A stretch of 63,907 nucleotides of DNA, filler included, from Thermoplasmatota archaeon (GCA_041623215.1; 10 parts of 10 records of this genome joined end to end with filler, not necessarily neighbours in it), one strand, 5' to 3'; shown: positions 29,460-40,173, counted from the first letter of the whole stretch. The notes: generated by a model not told the origin, from the letters alone. Made by a program: numbers and translations.

Positions 29460-31112
29460 CTACACGTCACCGACGCCGGCGTATTCTCCCCACTCTTCGC
29501 GGAGGACGCCGCAAATCTCGCCAATCGTGGCGTACGATTCGACGGCTTCCAGCATAATGGGAAGCACGTTGTCGGTCCCTTGGGCAGCGGCGCGAAGCTT
29601 GGTAAGTGCGGTTTGGACGGCTTGGGTGTCCCGTTCCTTGCGCAAGGCATCCAACTTGGCCAATTGGGCTTTTTCGGCGGCGTCATCCAATTTCAGTACG
29701 TCGGGCTCGTCTTCTTCGTCCAATGTGTAGTCGTTCACGCCGACGACGATGCGGTCGTTTTCTTCCACTTCGCGTTGGAATGTGTAGGCGGCGTCGTGGA
29801 TTTCCTTTTGCACCCAGCCTTTCTCGATGGCGGCCAGCATCCCGCCCATCGCATCGATTTTGTCAATAATCTGCGTGGCGTCCTCTTCCAAGTCGTTGGT
29901 GAGGGTTTCAATGGCGTACGACCCGGCCAGGGGGTCGATGACGTTGGCGACGCCGGATTCCTCGGCAATGATTTGCTGGGTCCGTAGGGCAATGCGGGCC
30001 GATTTTTCCGTTGGCAAGCCGAGCGCTTCGTCCAGGGCATTGGTGTGTAGCGATTGGGTGCCGCCAAGAACGGCGGCGAGGGCTTGCACAGCGACGCGGA
30101 CGATGTTGTTCTCCGGTTGCTGCGCTGTGAGCGTTGACCCGGCCACTTGTGTGTGGAAGCGAAGCATGGTGGACTTGGGGTTGGTGGCGCCGAAGCGTTT
30201 GGTCATGATGTGGTGCCACAGGCGTCGTGCCGCACGGAACTTGGCCACTTCTTCCAAGAAGTCGTTGTGGCCGTTGAAGAAGAAGGCAAGGCGGGGCGCA
30301 AAGGAATCCACCTCGAGCCCTGCGTCCACGGCCGCTTGCACGTAGGCAATGCCGTCGGCCAGGGTGAAGGCCAATTCCTGGGCGGCGGTTGAACCGGCCT
30401 CGCGGATGTGGTAGCCCGAGATGGAAATGGTGTTCCAGCGTGGCACCTCGGCAGCGCAGTAAGCGAAGGTATCCGTGATGAGTCGCATGGACGGCTCGGG
30501 GGGGAAAATGTAGGTCCCCCGGGCAATGTATTCCTTGAGGATGTCATTTTGGATGGTGCCACTAATCTTGTCCGCCGCCACGCCTTGTTTGCGTGCCACC
30601 GCGACGTACATGCACAGCAGCACCGCGGCGGGCGCGTTGATGGTCATACTCGTGGTCACCTTGTCCAGGGGAATGCCGTCGAACAGGGTTTCCATGTCGC
30701 GAAGCGAATCGATAGCGACGCCCACTTTGCCCACCTCCCCGAGGCTCATGGGGTCGTCGGAGTCCATGCCGATTTGGGTTGGCAAGTCAAATGCGACGGA
30801 GAGCCCCTTAGCACCTTGGGCCAGTAGCATGTGGTAGCGGCGATTGCTCTCCTCCGGCGTCGAAAAGCCAGCGTATTGGCGCATTGTCCATGGGCGGCCT
30901 CGGTACATGGTTGGTTGTACGCCTCTGGTGTAGGGTGCCTCACCAGGGTAGCCAAGGGCTGCGTCGGCGTCAAAGTTAGCCAAGTCATCGGCTGCGTACA
31001 ACGGCGGCATGGGGCGTCCGCTAAACGCCGAGAACGCCTCTTTTCGCTCTGGGTGCTTGGCAGTTGCCGGCCCATAGGTGTCTGCGTCCCAGTCCGTCTT
31101 GGACCGTACCAT
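29460..31112 (-). CDS. Methylmalonyl-CoA mutase, substrate-binding (large) subunit
   Basis: [45 protein letters not shown]; no B12-binding domain. Confidence 0.96.
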   Translation of the reverse strand: MVRSKTDWDADTYGPATAKHPERKEAFSAFSGRPMPPLYAADDLANFDADAALGYPGEAPYTRGVQPTMYRGRPWTMRQYAGFSTPEESNRRYHMLLAQGAKGLSVAFDLPTQIGMDSDDPMSLGEVGKVGVAIDSLRDMETLFDGIPLDKVTTSMTINAPAAVLLCMYVAVARKQGVAADKISGTIQNDILKEYIARGTYIFPPEPSMRLITDTFAYCAAEVPRWNTISISGYHIREAGSTAAQELAFTLADGIAYVQAAVDAGLEVDSFAPRLAFFFNGHNDFLEEVAKFRAARRLWHHIMTKRFGATNPKSTMLRFHTQVAGSTLTAQQPENNIVRVAVQALAAVLGGTQSLHTNALDEALGLPTEKSARIALRTQQIIAEESGVANVIDPLAGSYAIETLTNDLEEDATQIIDKIDAMGGMLAAIEKGWVQKEIHDAAYTFQREVEENDRIVVGVNDYTLDEEDEPDVLKLDDAAEKAQLAKLDALRKERDTQAVQTALTKLRAAAQGTDNVLPIMLEAVESYATIGEICGVLREEWGEYAGVGDV

Positions 31113-31197
31113 GGCTGCGCCAACGGAAGCCGGGTGATAAGCCGGTCGCGCCCAACGGTTTGGTCACAACTTTGTACGTCCACCCCGGATACGTAGC

Positions 31198-31674
31198 GTG
31201 GCTCCCAGAATCGTCCTTGTTGCGGCCGCCGCGGCAGCTACCATCCTGGGGTTGGTCATCGGTTCGCCAGACCATGTCGGATTGCAGATGTTGGGTGGCG
31301 TCTTCGTGGTCATTGCCATGGGATTCCTGGCGGCCGCCTGGTGGCCCACCTGGCAGCAGTCCACGGACCGCAAGGCGTGGGCCTTGCCTGCCCTGGCCAT
31401 GATCCATTTGCTGGCATCCTTGGCCAGCCTCTATGTGAATCGCGGCCCGTGCGGAGGCGGCCCACTACCCTACACGCTGGAGCACCTCTACCTTCGCTAC
31501 ATGAGCGCAACCCGCGCGTTGCCCCTGTTATTCTTCCTCGTGGTGGGAGCAGCTGGCAGCGTGCCGCCGCGCTTCCGACAACCCGGGCTGGCAACTTTCG
31601 CCATGGCCGTCTTGTGGCTCGCAGAAAGCGTCGTGCTTGACTACGCGCCGCTTGACTGCGGCATCTTGGAATGA
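31198..31674 (+). CDS. Hypothetical membrane protein
   Basis: ~5 hydrophobic segments; divergent from the mutase. Confidence 0.65.
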   Translation: MAPRIVLVAAAAAATILGLVIGSPDHVGLQMLGGVFVVIAMGFLAAAWWPTWQQSTDRKAWALPALAMIHLLASLASLYVNRGPCGGGPLPYTLEHLYLRYMSATRALPLLFFLVVGAAGSVPPRFRQPGLATFAMAVLWLAESVVLDYAPLDCGILE

Positions 31675-31684
31675 CGGGGACGCA
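31566..31684 (+). repeat. 119-bp exact direct repeat; second copy 32839-32957 at contig end
   Basis: GCCGCGCTTCCGACAACC...GAATGACGGGGACGCA identical in both copies. Confidence 0.92.
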
Positions 31685-31789
31685 AGGACCTGACAACGAG
31701 TGCGGCGCAACCGATTGGACCTGGCTTCCCCTGCAAGGCCATGCGGCACGTTCAAGGCTGCGCCGACCGCCTGGCCCAAGTGCTCGAAC

Positions 31790-31968
31790 GACGCCTCGCC
31801 TGGGTACCCAAGGGCCGCATCGGCGTGAAATTCGGCCGAGTCGTCGGGTGAGTAAATGGCGTCCTTCTCGCGACCGGTGAACGCCGAGAAGGACTCCTTA
31901 CAATCGGGGTGCTTGGCCGCCGCGGGGCCATGGGTCTCCTGGAGCCAGTCGTCCTTGGAGCGGGGCAC
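31790..31968 (-). pseudogene. Diverged 5' fragment of methylmalonyl-CoA mutase
   Basis: VPRSKDDWLQETHGPAAAKHPDCKESFSAFTGR...[10 protein letters not shown] aligns with [33 protein letters not shown]...[10 protein letters not shown]. Confidence 0.85.
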
Positions 31969-32024
31969 GTGCCGTGCACGAAGCCTGGCTTCTAAACGCC
32001 GACCGGACTTGTTATTTCGTATGT

Positions 32025-32468
32025 ATGGCCTCATGCCCCGTGACCGTCGACAGGAACGCTTGGGGGGCGACCATGACCTTGTACGGTATGTTTGCGGCGG
32101 CCGTATTCTTTGCACCGGACTGGCTGTTTCTATACATCATCGCGGCAATTTTTGTGGTGCCTGCTGTCAGTGGCATCGCTTGGAGTGCTGGCGTGCAGGA
32201 CGGCGGCTCAGTGTTGGTGGCCGGCGGCGCTCTCCTGACTGGGTTCGTGGGTGCCACTCTCGCTGGCTTAGCCGTGGCTGGCCTGCGAATCGAAAATTAT
32301 GCCGACCTTTGGATATTCGATGGCCCGTTCCTTATTGGGGCGGTCGGGGGACTTTCATTGGCTGGGTTTACTTGGTGGAAATCCTCGCTCTGGCGAGCGC
32401 ATCTGGTGGTTTTGGCCACGGCGAATATCCTGCTGGGCATGGCGATTCACGGCTGGCCCGAAACGTAG
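32025..32468 (+). CDS. Hypothetical membrane protein
   Basis: 4-5 TM segments; start uncertain. Confidence 0.6.
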   Translation: MASCPVTVDRNAWGATMTLYGMFAAAVFFAPDWLFLYIIAAIFVVPAVSGIAWSAGVQDGGSVLVAGGALLTGFVGATLAGLAVAGLRIENYADLWIFDGPFLIGAVGGLSLAGFTWWKSSLWRAHLVVLATANILLGMAIHGWPET

Positions 32469-32739
32469 TGCCGCTGCCCACGCCAACGCCGGGCTCACTG
32501 TTGCTGCTTTTCCACCGGTTCTTGCCAGGTGGCTACAAGGGCCCGTTGCTTGCGCATCGGGCCATGGGTACGACCGGGATCAAATCTGCTGTCGCTCGTT
32601 GCCTTTGTCAACTTGCCCCCACCGCTTCGATGCCCGAACGCATCAGGCGCCATGTATGCATGGCGCAGTATGGGACCGGCCCTCGGCCGCCTCGCAAGCG
32701 AGCCGGCGTCCATCCGATCCCAGCCTAACTTCGTTCGAA

Positions 32740-32812
32740 TGGGACCGGCCGGGATCGAACCCGCGACATCCAGATCTTCAGTCTGGCACTCTCCCAACTG
32801 AGTTACGTTCCC
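32740..32812 (-). tRNA. tRNA-Phe(GAA) with two stem mismatches
   Basis: CCAGA-CTGAAGA-TCTGG; A5:G68 and G51:G63 mismatches. Confidence 0.85.
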
Positions 32813-33057
32813 AGGAGGGGCGTCATGGGCGTGTATCGGCCGCGCTTCCGACAACCCGGGCTGGCAACTTTCGCCATGGCCGTCTTGTGGCTCGCAGAAA
32901 GCGTCGTGCTTGACTACGCGCCGCTTGACTGCGGCATCTTGGAATGACGGGGACGCANNNNNNNNNNNNNNNNNNNNNNNNNNNNNNNNNNNNNNNNNNN
33001 NTTAATTAATTAANNNNNNNNNNNNNNNNNNNNNNNNNNNNNNNNNNNNNNNNNNNN

Positions 33058-34090
33058 CCCGTGGCGTGCCGGGCCGCCTGTAAGCATCATCGTCCACCAC
33101 CCCAACGATGGCGTGGATGGCCTGGGCTTCGATTGGCAAGGCACCGGTCAGGCACCCTTTGTAGCCCGCTACGCCGCGGCTTTGGACCCTCAACGCGACG
33201 GATTTGGCTACCCGAGCCTCCTGGTGGATGGCGTCATTTTCACCGACGGGTTGCCTGATTCGGAACAACCGGCTCGCACACGAGACCTGTACGAAGAACA
33301 ACTTGCGACGCGAATCCAAGGGGCCAACACCGGCGGCCGTGCGCCCATCCAACTGGACGTAGCCGCCCTCCGAGGCGGTGCCCAGGCCGCCGGCAACCCG
33401 AGCGTTCCGGCCCTGCTTGATGCCATGGTCGTCGTAACGCCCATCGCGGCGGACTCCCTGGCGGATGAGGAGCTGAGCCTCTGGGTTGCGCTCGTGCAGG
33501 ACCCGGTCCATTACGCCCCCCCGGCGGCCATCAGTAACGGCATCACCGAGCATCGGCTGACGCTTCGCGCCCTCCATCATGGTGGCACCATCAATGCGAC
33601 CGATGGGCTTCGGATCCGCCACACCTTCGACTTGCACGCTGCCAACGTGCTGCCGCAGAGTAGCGAGTCATCCACCGCGCTCTCCCGCACAGACAATGTT
33701 TGGGACGAGTTGGCGCTCGTGGTGTGGGTGCAGGCTGACCGCCCCGGCGCCATCTACCAAGCGCGCGAAGTGGCCCAGGCAACAACCCATCCCGTTAGCC
33801 AAGCGGCCCCGACGCGGCAAACGGACCGGGGCGTGTTGATGGAACTACTATCGGCTACCTGGTGCGACCCGTGCCTGTTCGGCGACCGGGCCATTGAGCA
33901 CTTGGCCGATGATTATGGCCACCCTGCGCTGCGGCTTGGCGACGCCTCGGTGCGCACCTACGGCCAAGCAATGCCAAAGCTGGCCTTGCTCGCGGCCGGT
34001 GTTGCGGCGCTTGCCGTGGCGCTCCTGCCCGCCAAGCGAATCGGGCCCCGGCGCGACCATGACAACGAGGGCAACGAGGGCTCACCATGA
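33058..34090 (+). CDS. Omp28-like thioredoxin-fold membrane-anchored protein (5' truncated)
   Basis: IIVHH, GYPSLLVDG, LWVALVQD, LVVWVQ, EVAQA, then VLMELLSATWCDPC and a C-terminal TM. Confidence 0.7.
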
Positions 34091-36705
34091 CGCAGGCGCT
34101 GGAGTGGCTGATTCGTCTCGCCCTAGCCGCCACCACACTTGCGCTCGTAGGACTGCTCGTGCCCGCGCTTCGCTCACGCCTACCGGCCGCCACCTTCCCC
34201 CTCATCACGCGGACCGCAGCGGCCCTTGCCGGTGCCGCGTGGCTTGCCTTGGCACTGCAGTTTCTGCTTGGCAATGTCCACATCCAACACGTCTGGATTT
34301 ACACCAGTCGTGACCTTGCATGGTGGTATCGTCTGGCCGGTGCCTGGGCCGGCCGTGAAGGTAGCCTGCTGCTGTGGGCTGCCATCCTGACCGCCGTCAC
34401 GGCGACCGTGACTCGAAAGGGGGCTCCGGCGGCCGACGCCACCCGGCGGCACTTCTACGCCTGGCTCTTGGTCTGGCAAGCGGCCTTTCTGGTCCTTGTC
34501 ATCCAGCAAGGGACGTTCACCCCGACGCCGGCCCACCTGGTACAAGCGAGGCCCGAAGGCAACGGTCTGAACCCGACGCTGCAGACGCCCTTCATGCTCA
34601 TCCACCCGCCCATCCAGTTCATTGCGTACGCCTTGGCCACGGTGCCGGCGGCGGGCGCGTTGGCAGCCATGACGCGGCGCATCGGTGCCCGTGACAGCGA
34701 CGATGCGGGTAGCCGTGCGGTTCAAACCGCCTGGATTGACCTTGTGACGCCGGCGTCGCGACTGGGATTCGTGAGCGCCACCGCGGGCCTCGTGCTTGGC
34801 GGCGTATGGGCCTACTACACGCTCGGCTTCGGCGGCTACTGGGCCTGGGACCCCGTGGAAGTGGCCAACCTGCTGCCCTGGATTGCCTGGGTTTTATGGC
34901 TCCACACCGCCCTGGCTCGGCGACGGTCCGGTGATCTTCCCGCCATGGCGCCGATGCTGGCCACGCTGCCACTAAGCCTCACGCTGCTCTCGACGTTGGC
35001 AACTCGCTCCGGCCTCTGGGTATCGGTGCACGCCTTCACGGACCCCACCAATGCCTTCGACCCCGACCCCGCCTCCCGGTTCCTGGGCATTCTTGCGGCA
35101 GCGCCCGAGCTGGCTGGCTACCTCGCTCTGGCTCTCGGCTCTCTCTTCGTTCCCCTCACACTATGGGCGCGAAGCGCTGGCACCGGAGCTGGTGTTCGCA
35201 TCGTAGGCGGGGCGCTGGCGGCACTGACCGCCCTCGCGCTGCTGGCCCCCACGAAGCTCGTGTCCTGGTGGTTCGAAGCAGCCTCCTGGGTGCCAGGTCC
35301 GCCCGGCCTCGGCGTCTTGCTGGTTCCGGCCGCCGCCCTGGCCCTTGCCGGCCTGACCCATCTAGGCGCAGAGGAAACCGCCAAGCCGCTGGGTCGCCGC
35401 GATTTGCTCAAAGACCGCGGCCTGCTGGTCGTGGCGGCCAGCCTTCTGGGCCTAGGCCTCCTAGTCATTGGCATCCTGTTTTTCCAAAGCATCAATGGCT
35501 GGGACCGGGCCGCCTATGATGCTCGCACGCCGCTTCTCCTGGTCCCGCTCTTGTTGGGCATCATGGTCATGCAAGGAAGGGCCCTGCTGGGCCGGCGACG
35601 CATCCTACTGGTTGTGGGCATGGCCATCGTTTTGGCCATCGGTGCAAGCTTGGCCTTCCCGGCTCAGCGAGGCGGCGCCGCGCTGATTGTGGTCGCCCTC
35701 ATCGCCATCATTGTCGGCGTCGCCCGGCTGGCGCACACCCTGCCCGGCCCCCGCAACCGCCGGGGCCCCTATGCTATGGCCATCATCGCCGGTTGGCTCG
35801 ACTTGGCCTGGTGGCTTTCCCCTCCTTCATGGCTGCCGGGCTGGCCGTCGCAATTGATTTTGGGCGCCGCCGCAGCGTGGGCCATTTGGCAACTGCACCG
35901 CGCCGCCACCGACCCCTCCATCGACGGCCGCGTGGCCCTTGTCGTCGCCGCCGGCCTGGGCGGATTTCTCATTGCCCCCCTGTTGGCCGGCATCGCTGCC
36001 TGGCAGTTGCACAAGGCGGGGCACCTGGCAGGCACCAAGCAGCGCGGACCACCGCCGGCCAAAGCGATTCGCGCCACGCCCATGCGACCCGCAGCCATCC
36101 AGGGCCTACATGTCGCCTTGGTCATCTTGGTTGCTGGCTACGCAGCCAGCACCTGGTGGGTGGACGACGAGCGGGGCATTGTGGACCATGAAACCACCCT
36201 CGAAGTGGGCGGACTCGCGATGAGCCTCGGGGGGCAAACGAGCCACGGCGAACCGGGAACACCCTGGGTTGCCAGCCTACATGTCCTGGTGGAATCGAGC
36301 GGCGGACACACAGCGGCACCGGAGGTGTACTGGGAGCCGCGCTCCGCCAGTCATTACCCGCTTCCCGCCACACATCGTTCCTGGTGGCGCGACCTCTACT
36401 TCGACGTGGATGCCATCTGCATCACGGATGCCGGACGCCCACCGCCGCCCAGATCCGGCAACGAATCGAGCGAGGATGCAACCGCCGACCCGTGCGCAGC
36501 AGAGGATGCCTGGGTCGCCACGTATCAGCCGGCGGCTCGCATGGTGGACCCGCAAGTGGAAGCTGTACGCTTGCACGCGCTGAGTCTGCCCGGCATTGGG
36601 CTGGTGTGGGTTGGCGCGGCGCTGCTGACCCTCTACGCCGCCATGCTGACCCAGCCGGCCACGAAGCTCAAAGGTCGTGAGCGGAAAGGAAGCCGGTGGC
36701 AGTGA
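34087..36705 (+). CDS. ccmF: Cytochrome c biogenesis heme lyase CcmF
   Basis: WAGREGSLLLW, GLNPTLQ, IHPP, WAY..LG.GGYWAWDPVE, RSGL..SVHAF, DLY. Confidence 0.92.
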   Translation: MTQALEWLIRLALAATTLALVGLLVPALRSRLPAATFPLITRTAAALAGAAWLALALQFLLGNVHIQHVWIYTSRDLAWWYRLAGAWAGREGSLLLWAAILTAVTATVTRKGAPAADATRRHFYAWLLVWQAAFLVLVIQQGTFTPTPAHLVQARPEGNGLNPTLQTPFMLIHPPIQFIAYALATVPAAGALAAMTRRIGARDSDDAGSRAVQTAWIDLVTPASRLGFVSATAGLVLGGVWAYYTLGFGGYWAWDPVEVANLLPWIAWVLWLHTALARRRSGDLPAMAPMLATLPLSLTLLSTLATRSGLWVSVHAFTDPTNAFDPDPASRFLGILAAAPELAGYLALALGSLFVPLTLWARSAGTGAGVRIVGGALAALTALALLAPTKLVSWWFEAASWVPGPPGLGVLLVPAAALALAGLTHLGAEETAKPLGRRDLLKDRGLLVVAASLLGLGLLVIGILFFQSINGWDRAAYDARTPLLLVPLLLGIMVMQGRALLGRRRILLVVGMAIVLAIGASLAFPAQRGGAALIVVALIAIIVGVARLAHTLPGPRNRRGPYAMAIIAGWLDLAWWLSPPSWLPGWPSQLILGAAAAWAIWQLHRAATDPSIDGRVALVVAAGLGGFLIAPLLAGIAAWQLHKAGHLAGTKQRGPPPAKAIRATPMRPAAIQGLHVALVILVAGYAASTWWVDDERGIVDHETTLEVGGLAMSLGGQTSHGEPGTPWVASLHVLVESSGGHTAAPEVYWEPRSASHYPLPATHRSWWRDLYFDVDAICITDAGRPPPPRSGNESSEDATADPCAAEDAWVATYQPAARMVDPQVEAVRLHALSLPGIGLVWVGAALLTLYAAMLTQPATKLKGRERKGSRWQ

Positions 36706-38860
36706 AGGCCGGGTCGCTGGACGGAATCACGCCCTGCGGCAATACATCGCGGTACGGCGCTTGCAAGTAGCGTGCATCCAGCAATAGGATGGCACAGCGA
36801 TCGGTCCCGCTACGAATGCCTCGCCCCATCGCTTGCAGGACCCGCTGCATAGCCGGATAGGTGTAGCCGTACGCCTGGCCCTTGCCGGGAAATCGTTCCT
36901 GCAAGTAGCCAATGGTCGCCGTGACCTCCAGATCCGGAGGCGCCAGCGGCAAGCCCACGATGATGACGGAGGACAGCAAGCCGTCCTTGAAGTCCACGCC
37001 TTCGCTAAATGACCCGCCCATGACCCCCAGCAGCAAGCCGCCGCCCCGTCCAAGGGCACCGCGCAAACGGTCCAAGACCTGGTCCCGTTCTGCCTTGCCC
37101 ATGCCGGACTCCTCCTCCACGACCTCCTTGCCAGCCACGCGCGTATCGCCGGTCAGCGCGTGCCGCACTTCGCGAAGGATTGCATAACTTGGGCAATACA
37201 CGGCAACGTTGCCTGCCGTCGCTTCGCAAGTATCCATGATGGTGGTTGCAATGCGTGTCCACAAGGCCTCGGAGCGCTCTTTGAAACGTGTGGTGTAACC
37301 GGTCGCCGCGACGACCAAGCGGTTCTCCGGGGGAAACGGACTGGGGTAGGTGCGAACCACCGTCGAATCCCCATCCAGGCCCAATAGGTCACGAAACATT
37401 TCCGGCGGTTCCAACGTCCCGGACATCAAGATGGCCGCGTGCACGCGACCAAAGACATCGCGCGCCGGCAAACCAGGATCCAGCAAACGCACATGCAGGG
37501 TCAAGGCGCCTTCGTCGTCCCATTGCAGGAAGCGAAGGCCGCCGCGACGGAAGCGGCCCCAATCCTCTAGCGCCTCGGCCAATTGTTCCGCGTAGACTTG
37601 GACATCGGTTCCCTTGGCTTGCTTGGTCGCCAGCGGTCCAAGATCTTTGATGACATCGGAGAGGGTTCGATGTAAGCCTGAGCCCTCGACGGACGCCAAC
37701 CCGCCCTCGTTGCGGGTGGCTTCGAAAATGCGGTGTAAGTCATCAACCTCCAGGCGAGCCACCTGGGACTTGCCGTCGCCCAAGCGCTCCACCTCTGCCT
37801 TGCCCTGCTCCCGCGCTTCGCGGGCCAACAGCGCCAGCGTCTTTCGCAAGGCCGCGACATCGGCGACCACCCCGCGCTCCCGGTGGGCACGCGCCTCACC
37901 TTCCACTTGGTCAAGCAAGAAGTCGGAAATCTTGTGGGCGTGGTTCTGCTTGATGCGGTCGGGCAGGTTGTGAGCCTCATCAACGATGACCACCAGCTGA
38001 TGCAGGTCCACGCCCAAGCGCTCGAGGCTCCGCTCGCGGATGTCGCTGAACAAGTGATTGTAGTCTGCCACGACCACTTGCGCCTGGGTCGCCGATTCCA
38101 TGGCCACCAGGTGCGGGCAAAGATGCGCCTCCTTCGCCACCTGCATCAGTTCCTCGACATGGAAAACCCCGGCGCGGATGCGTCGAAGCGTATCCTCGTC
38201 AACGTCCCGAACGAAGGAGCAACCGCCCTTACCCGCTTTGGCAGCACGCGTCTCGCGAGCGCAAAAGTCAGGGAAACGGGCCGGGTGCAACTCGTTCGCC
38301 TCGGGCCGCAGGCACATATCTCGCTTGGCCACCAAATCCACGACACCAAAATGCGCCCCCCGGCGGTCGCGGATGGAGCGCAAGGTATCCACGGCGATGC
38401 GATGCTGCGACTGGCGACTGGTCAAAAACAGGACCGTGCGGCCTTCGTCAATGGCGTGCTGCAGCGCCGGGGCCAACGCAGCCGCCGTCTTGCCGATGCC
38501 CGTTGGCGCCTGCGCCACCAGGTGGGTGCCGCTTGCCACCGCCCGCGTAGCGTCGCGGGCAAAGCGCCGTTGGCCTGCGCGAATCTCGTCGTACGGAAAC
38601 AGGCCGAGATTGGGATGCGGTGTGCCGCCGTCGGCGGGCTGGTAGGTGCTCGCCTGAGGGGTTAGCGTCGGCTCAATGCCGGGGGTCGTTCCAAAGCCAT
38701 CGCCCAAGCCCATGAGGCCTTGTTGGCCTTGCTGCAAATGGACTGCCTTGCCGCCACTCATCACGGTACGGGCGCGACCCGCCTGGCTGCACTTGGCACA
38801 GACTAAGGTGCCCTTGACGGGGCGAAGCAAGTTGCGACAAGTCGGGCAGAACGCGGCCAA
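36668..38860 (-). CDS. xpd: XPD/Rad3-like FeS DNA helicase with N-terminal zinc ribbon
   Basis: APTGIGKT, four FeS Cys, DEAHN, MSGTL, SFSEGVD, QAMGRGIR; TTG start ~25 nt after TTAAAG. Confidence 0.9.
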   Translation of the reverse strand: MAAFCPTCRNLLRPVKGTLVCAKCSQAGRARTVMSGGKAVHLQQGQQGLMGLGDGFGTTPGIEPTLTPQASTYQPADGGTPHPNLGLFPYDEIRAGQRRFARDATRAVASGTHLVAQAPTGIGKTAAALAPALQHAIDEGRTVLFLTSRQSQHRIAVDTLRSIRDRRGAHFGVVDLVAKRDMCLRPEANELHPARFPDFCARETRAAKAGKGGCSFVRDVDEDTLRRIRAGVFHVEELMQVAKEAHLCPHLVAMESATQAQVVVADYNHLFSDIRERSLERLGVDLHQLVVIVDEAHNLPDRIKQNHAHKISDFLLDQVEGEARAHRERGVVADVAALRKTLALLAREAREQGKAEVERLGDGKSQVARLEVDDLHRIFEATRNEGGLASVEGSGLHRTLSDVIKDLGPLATKQAKGTDVQVYAEQLAEALEDWGRFRRGGLRFLQWDDEGALTLHVRLLDPGLPARDVFGRVHAAILMSGTLEPPEMFRDLLGLDGDSTVVRTYPSPFPPENRLVVAATGYTTRFKERSEALWTRIATTIMDTCEATAGNVAVYCPSYAILREVRHALTGDTRVAGKEVVEEESGMGKAERDQVLDRLRGALGRGGGLLLGVMGGSFSEGVDFKDGLLSSVIIVGLPLAPPDLEVTATIGYLQERFPGKGQAYGYTYPAMQRVLQAMGRGIRSGTDRCAILLLDARYLQAPYRDVLPQGVIPSSDPAFTATGFLSAHDL

Positions 38861-38939
38861 CGAGCGGCGCAAGCAAGCCTGCTTTAAGGGTCCAGGGGAG
38901 GCGTGGGGCCATTCGCCCACGCCGGGGCCACCTCACACA

Positions 38940-38981
38940 CAAAGGGAAGGCGGTGAGGGGGAAGGGGAAGGGGAAAAGGAA
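38940..38981 (-). terminator. C/T-rich tract
   Basis: Minus strand TTCCTTTTTCCCCTTCCCCTTCCCCTC after the 38996 stop. Confidence 0.5.
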
Positions 38982-38995
38982 CCGATGCGAATCAA

Positions 38996-39382
38996 TTACG
39001 CTTCGGGGATGGGCTCATCGAGCAGCAGGGTCCCGCCGGTCTGGCGGCCCACGGCACCGAAGGTGCGCTGGAAGGTCTCGGCGTCGGCGCCGGGCCAGTC
39101 ACACTCGCCCGTGCAGACGTCAACGAGGGCGCTCCACACGCGGCCGGTGATGGGGTCAATGTCGATGTCGAAGAAATCGTACATGCCGCCGATGTCACCG
39201 TGGCAGCGGTCTTCGCAGCCACCACGCTTGATGGGCTTGTCCAGTTCGTTGACGGTTGTGATGGCGAAGACGGGCTCGTCGCTGTCGGCGTTGAGACTGA
39301 CGCCGATGTAGGCGTGCCACGTGGTGTGCAGCAACTCGTCCTCGTCGTCATGGGCGTCCCAGCCGCTTGGCGTGGTGGTCCC
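38996..39382 (-). CDS. C-terminus of probable sialidase-like beta-propeller protein (5' truncated)
   Basis: TWHAYIGVSLNA, DFFDIDIDP.TGRVWSALVD.C. Confidence 0.6.
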   Translation of the reverse strand, partial: GTTTPSGWDAHDDEDELLHTTWHAYIGVSLNADSDEPVFAITTVNELDKPIKRGGCEDRCHGDIGGMYDFFDIDIDPITGRVWSALVDVCTGECDWPGADAETFQRTFGAVGRQTGGTLLLDEPIPEA

Positions 39383-39482
39383 NNNNNNNNNNNNNNNNNN
39401 NNNNNNNNNNNNNNNNNNNNNNNNNNTTAATTAATTAANNNNNNNNNNNNNNNNNNNNNNNNNNNNNNNNNNNNNNNNNNNN

Positions 39483-39847
<365 letters not shown>

Positions 39848-39884
39848 GACTGAACTAGGTTCAGTCTACTTATTTTTTCTTTCC
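39848..39884 (+). terminator. Hairpin plus T-tract after 23S
   Basis: GACTGAAC-TAG-GTTCAGTC then TTATTTTTTCTTTCC. Confidence 0.55.
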
Positions 39885-39951
39885 ATTTCACTTCTAAAAG
39901 GCTGCGTGTGCATATTGCATATGGGGAGTCATCCCCACTTCACTCTCGAAG

Positions 39952-40075
39952 TGGTGGGACGGCCATAGTGACCTGGTTCACCCGTTCTCATACCGAACAC
40001 GGAAGTTAAGCAGGTCCACGTTGCGCCTTGTACTGTTGTGCGCGAGCCAACGGGAAACCGCATCGCTGTCCACCA
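39952..40075 (+). rRNA. rrf: 5S rRNA
   Basis: GGCCATAG, CCCGTTCTCATACCGAACACGGAAGTTAAG, terminal stem TGGTGGGAC/GTCCACCA. Confidence 0.95.
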
Positions 40076-40093
40076 TTTCTCTCTCCACCCGCG

Positions 40094-40117
40094 GGGGAGG
40101 GGCTTCGGCCCCTCCCC
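40094..40117 (+). terminator. UUCG-capped GC hairpin after 5S
   Basis: GGGGAGGGGC-TTCG-GCCCCTCCCC followed by a pyrimidine run. Confidence 0.65.
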
Positions 40118-40173
40118 TGGCTTCTTTTCCTTCATCATTTGATCCGGTGAGCTTGTCTCCCGGGAGGCGCCTT

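Noticed and set aside
32839..32957. 119-bp perfect repeat as att site or circular element boundary
   Set aside because: It ends exactly at the contig edge and its length equals a common assembler k-mer (119), so it is most likely an assembly-graph artefact; needs read evidence
40021..40173. N-terminal extension of the 1293-aa ORF
   Set aside because: Overlaps 5S rRNA and its terminator; true start is probably ATG 40174
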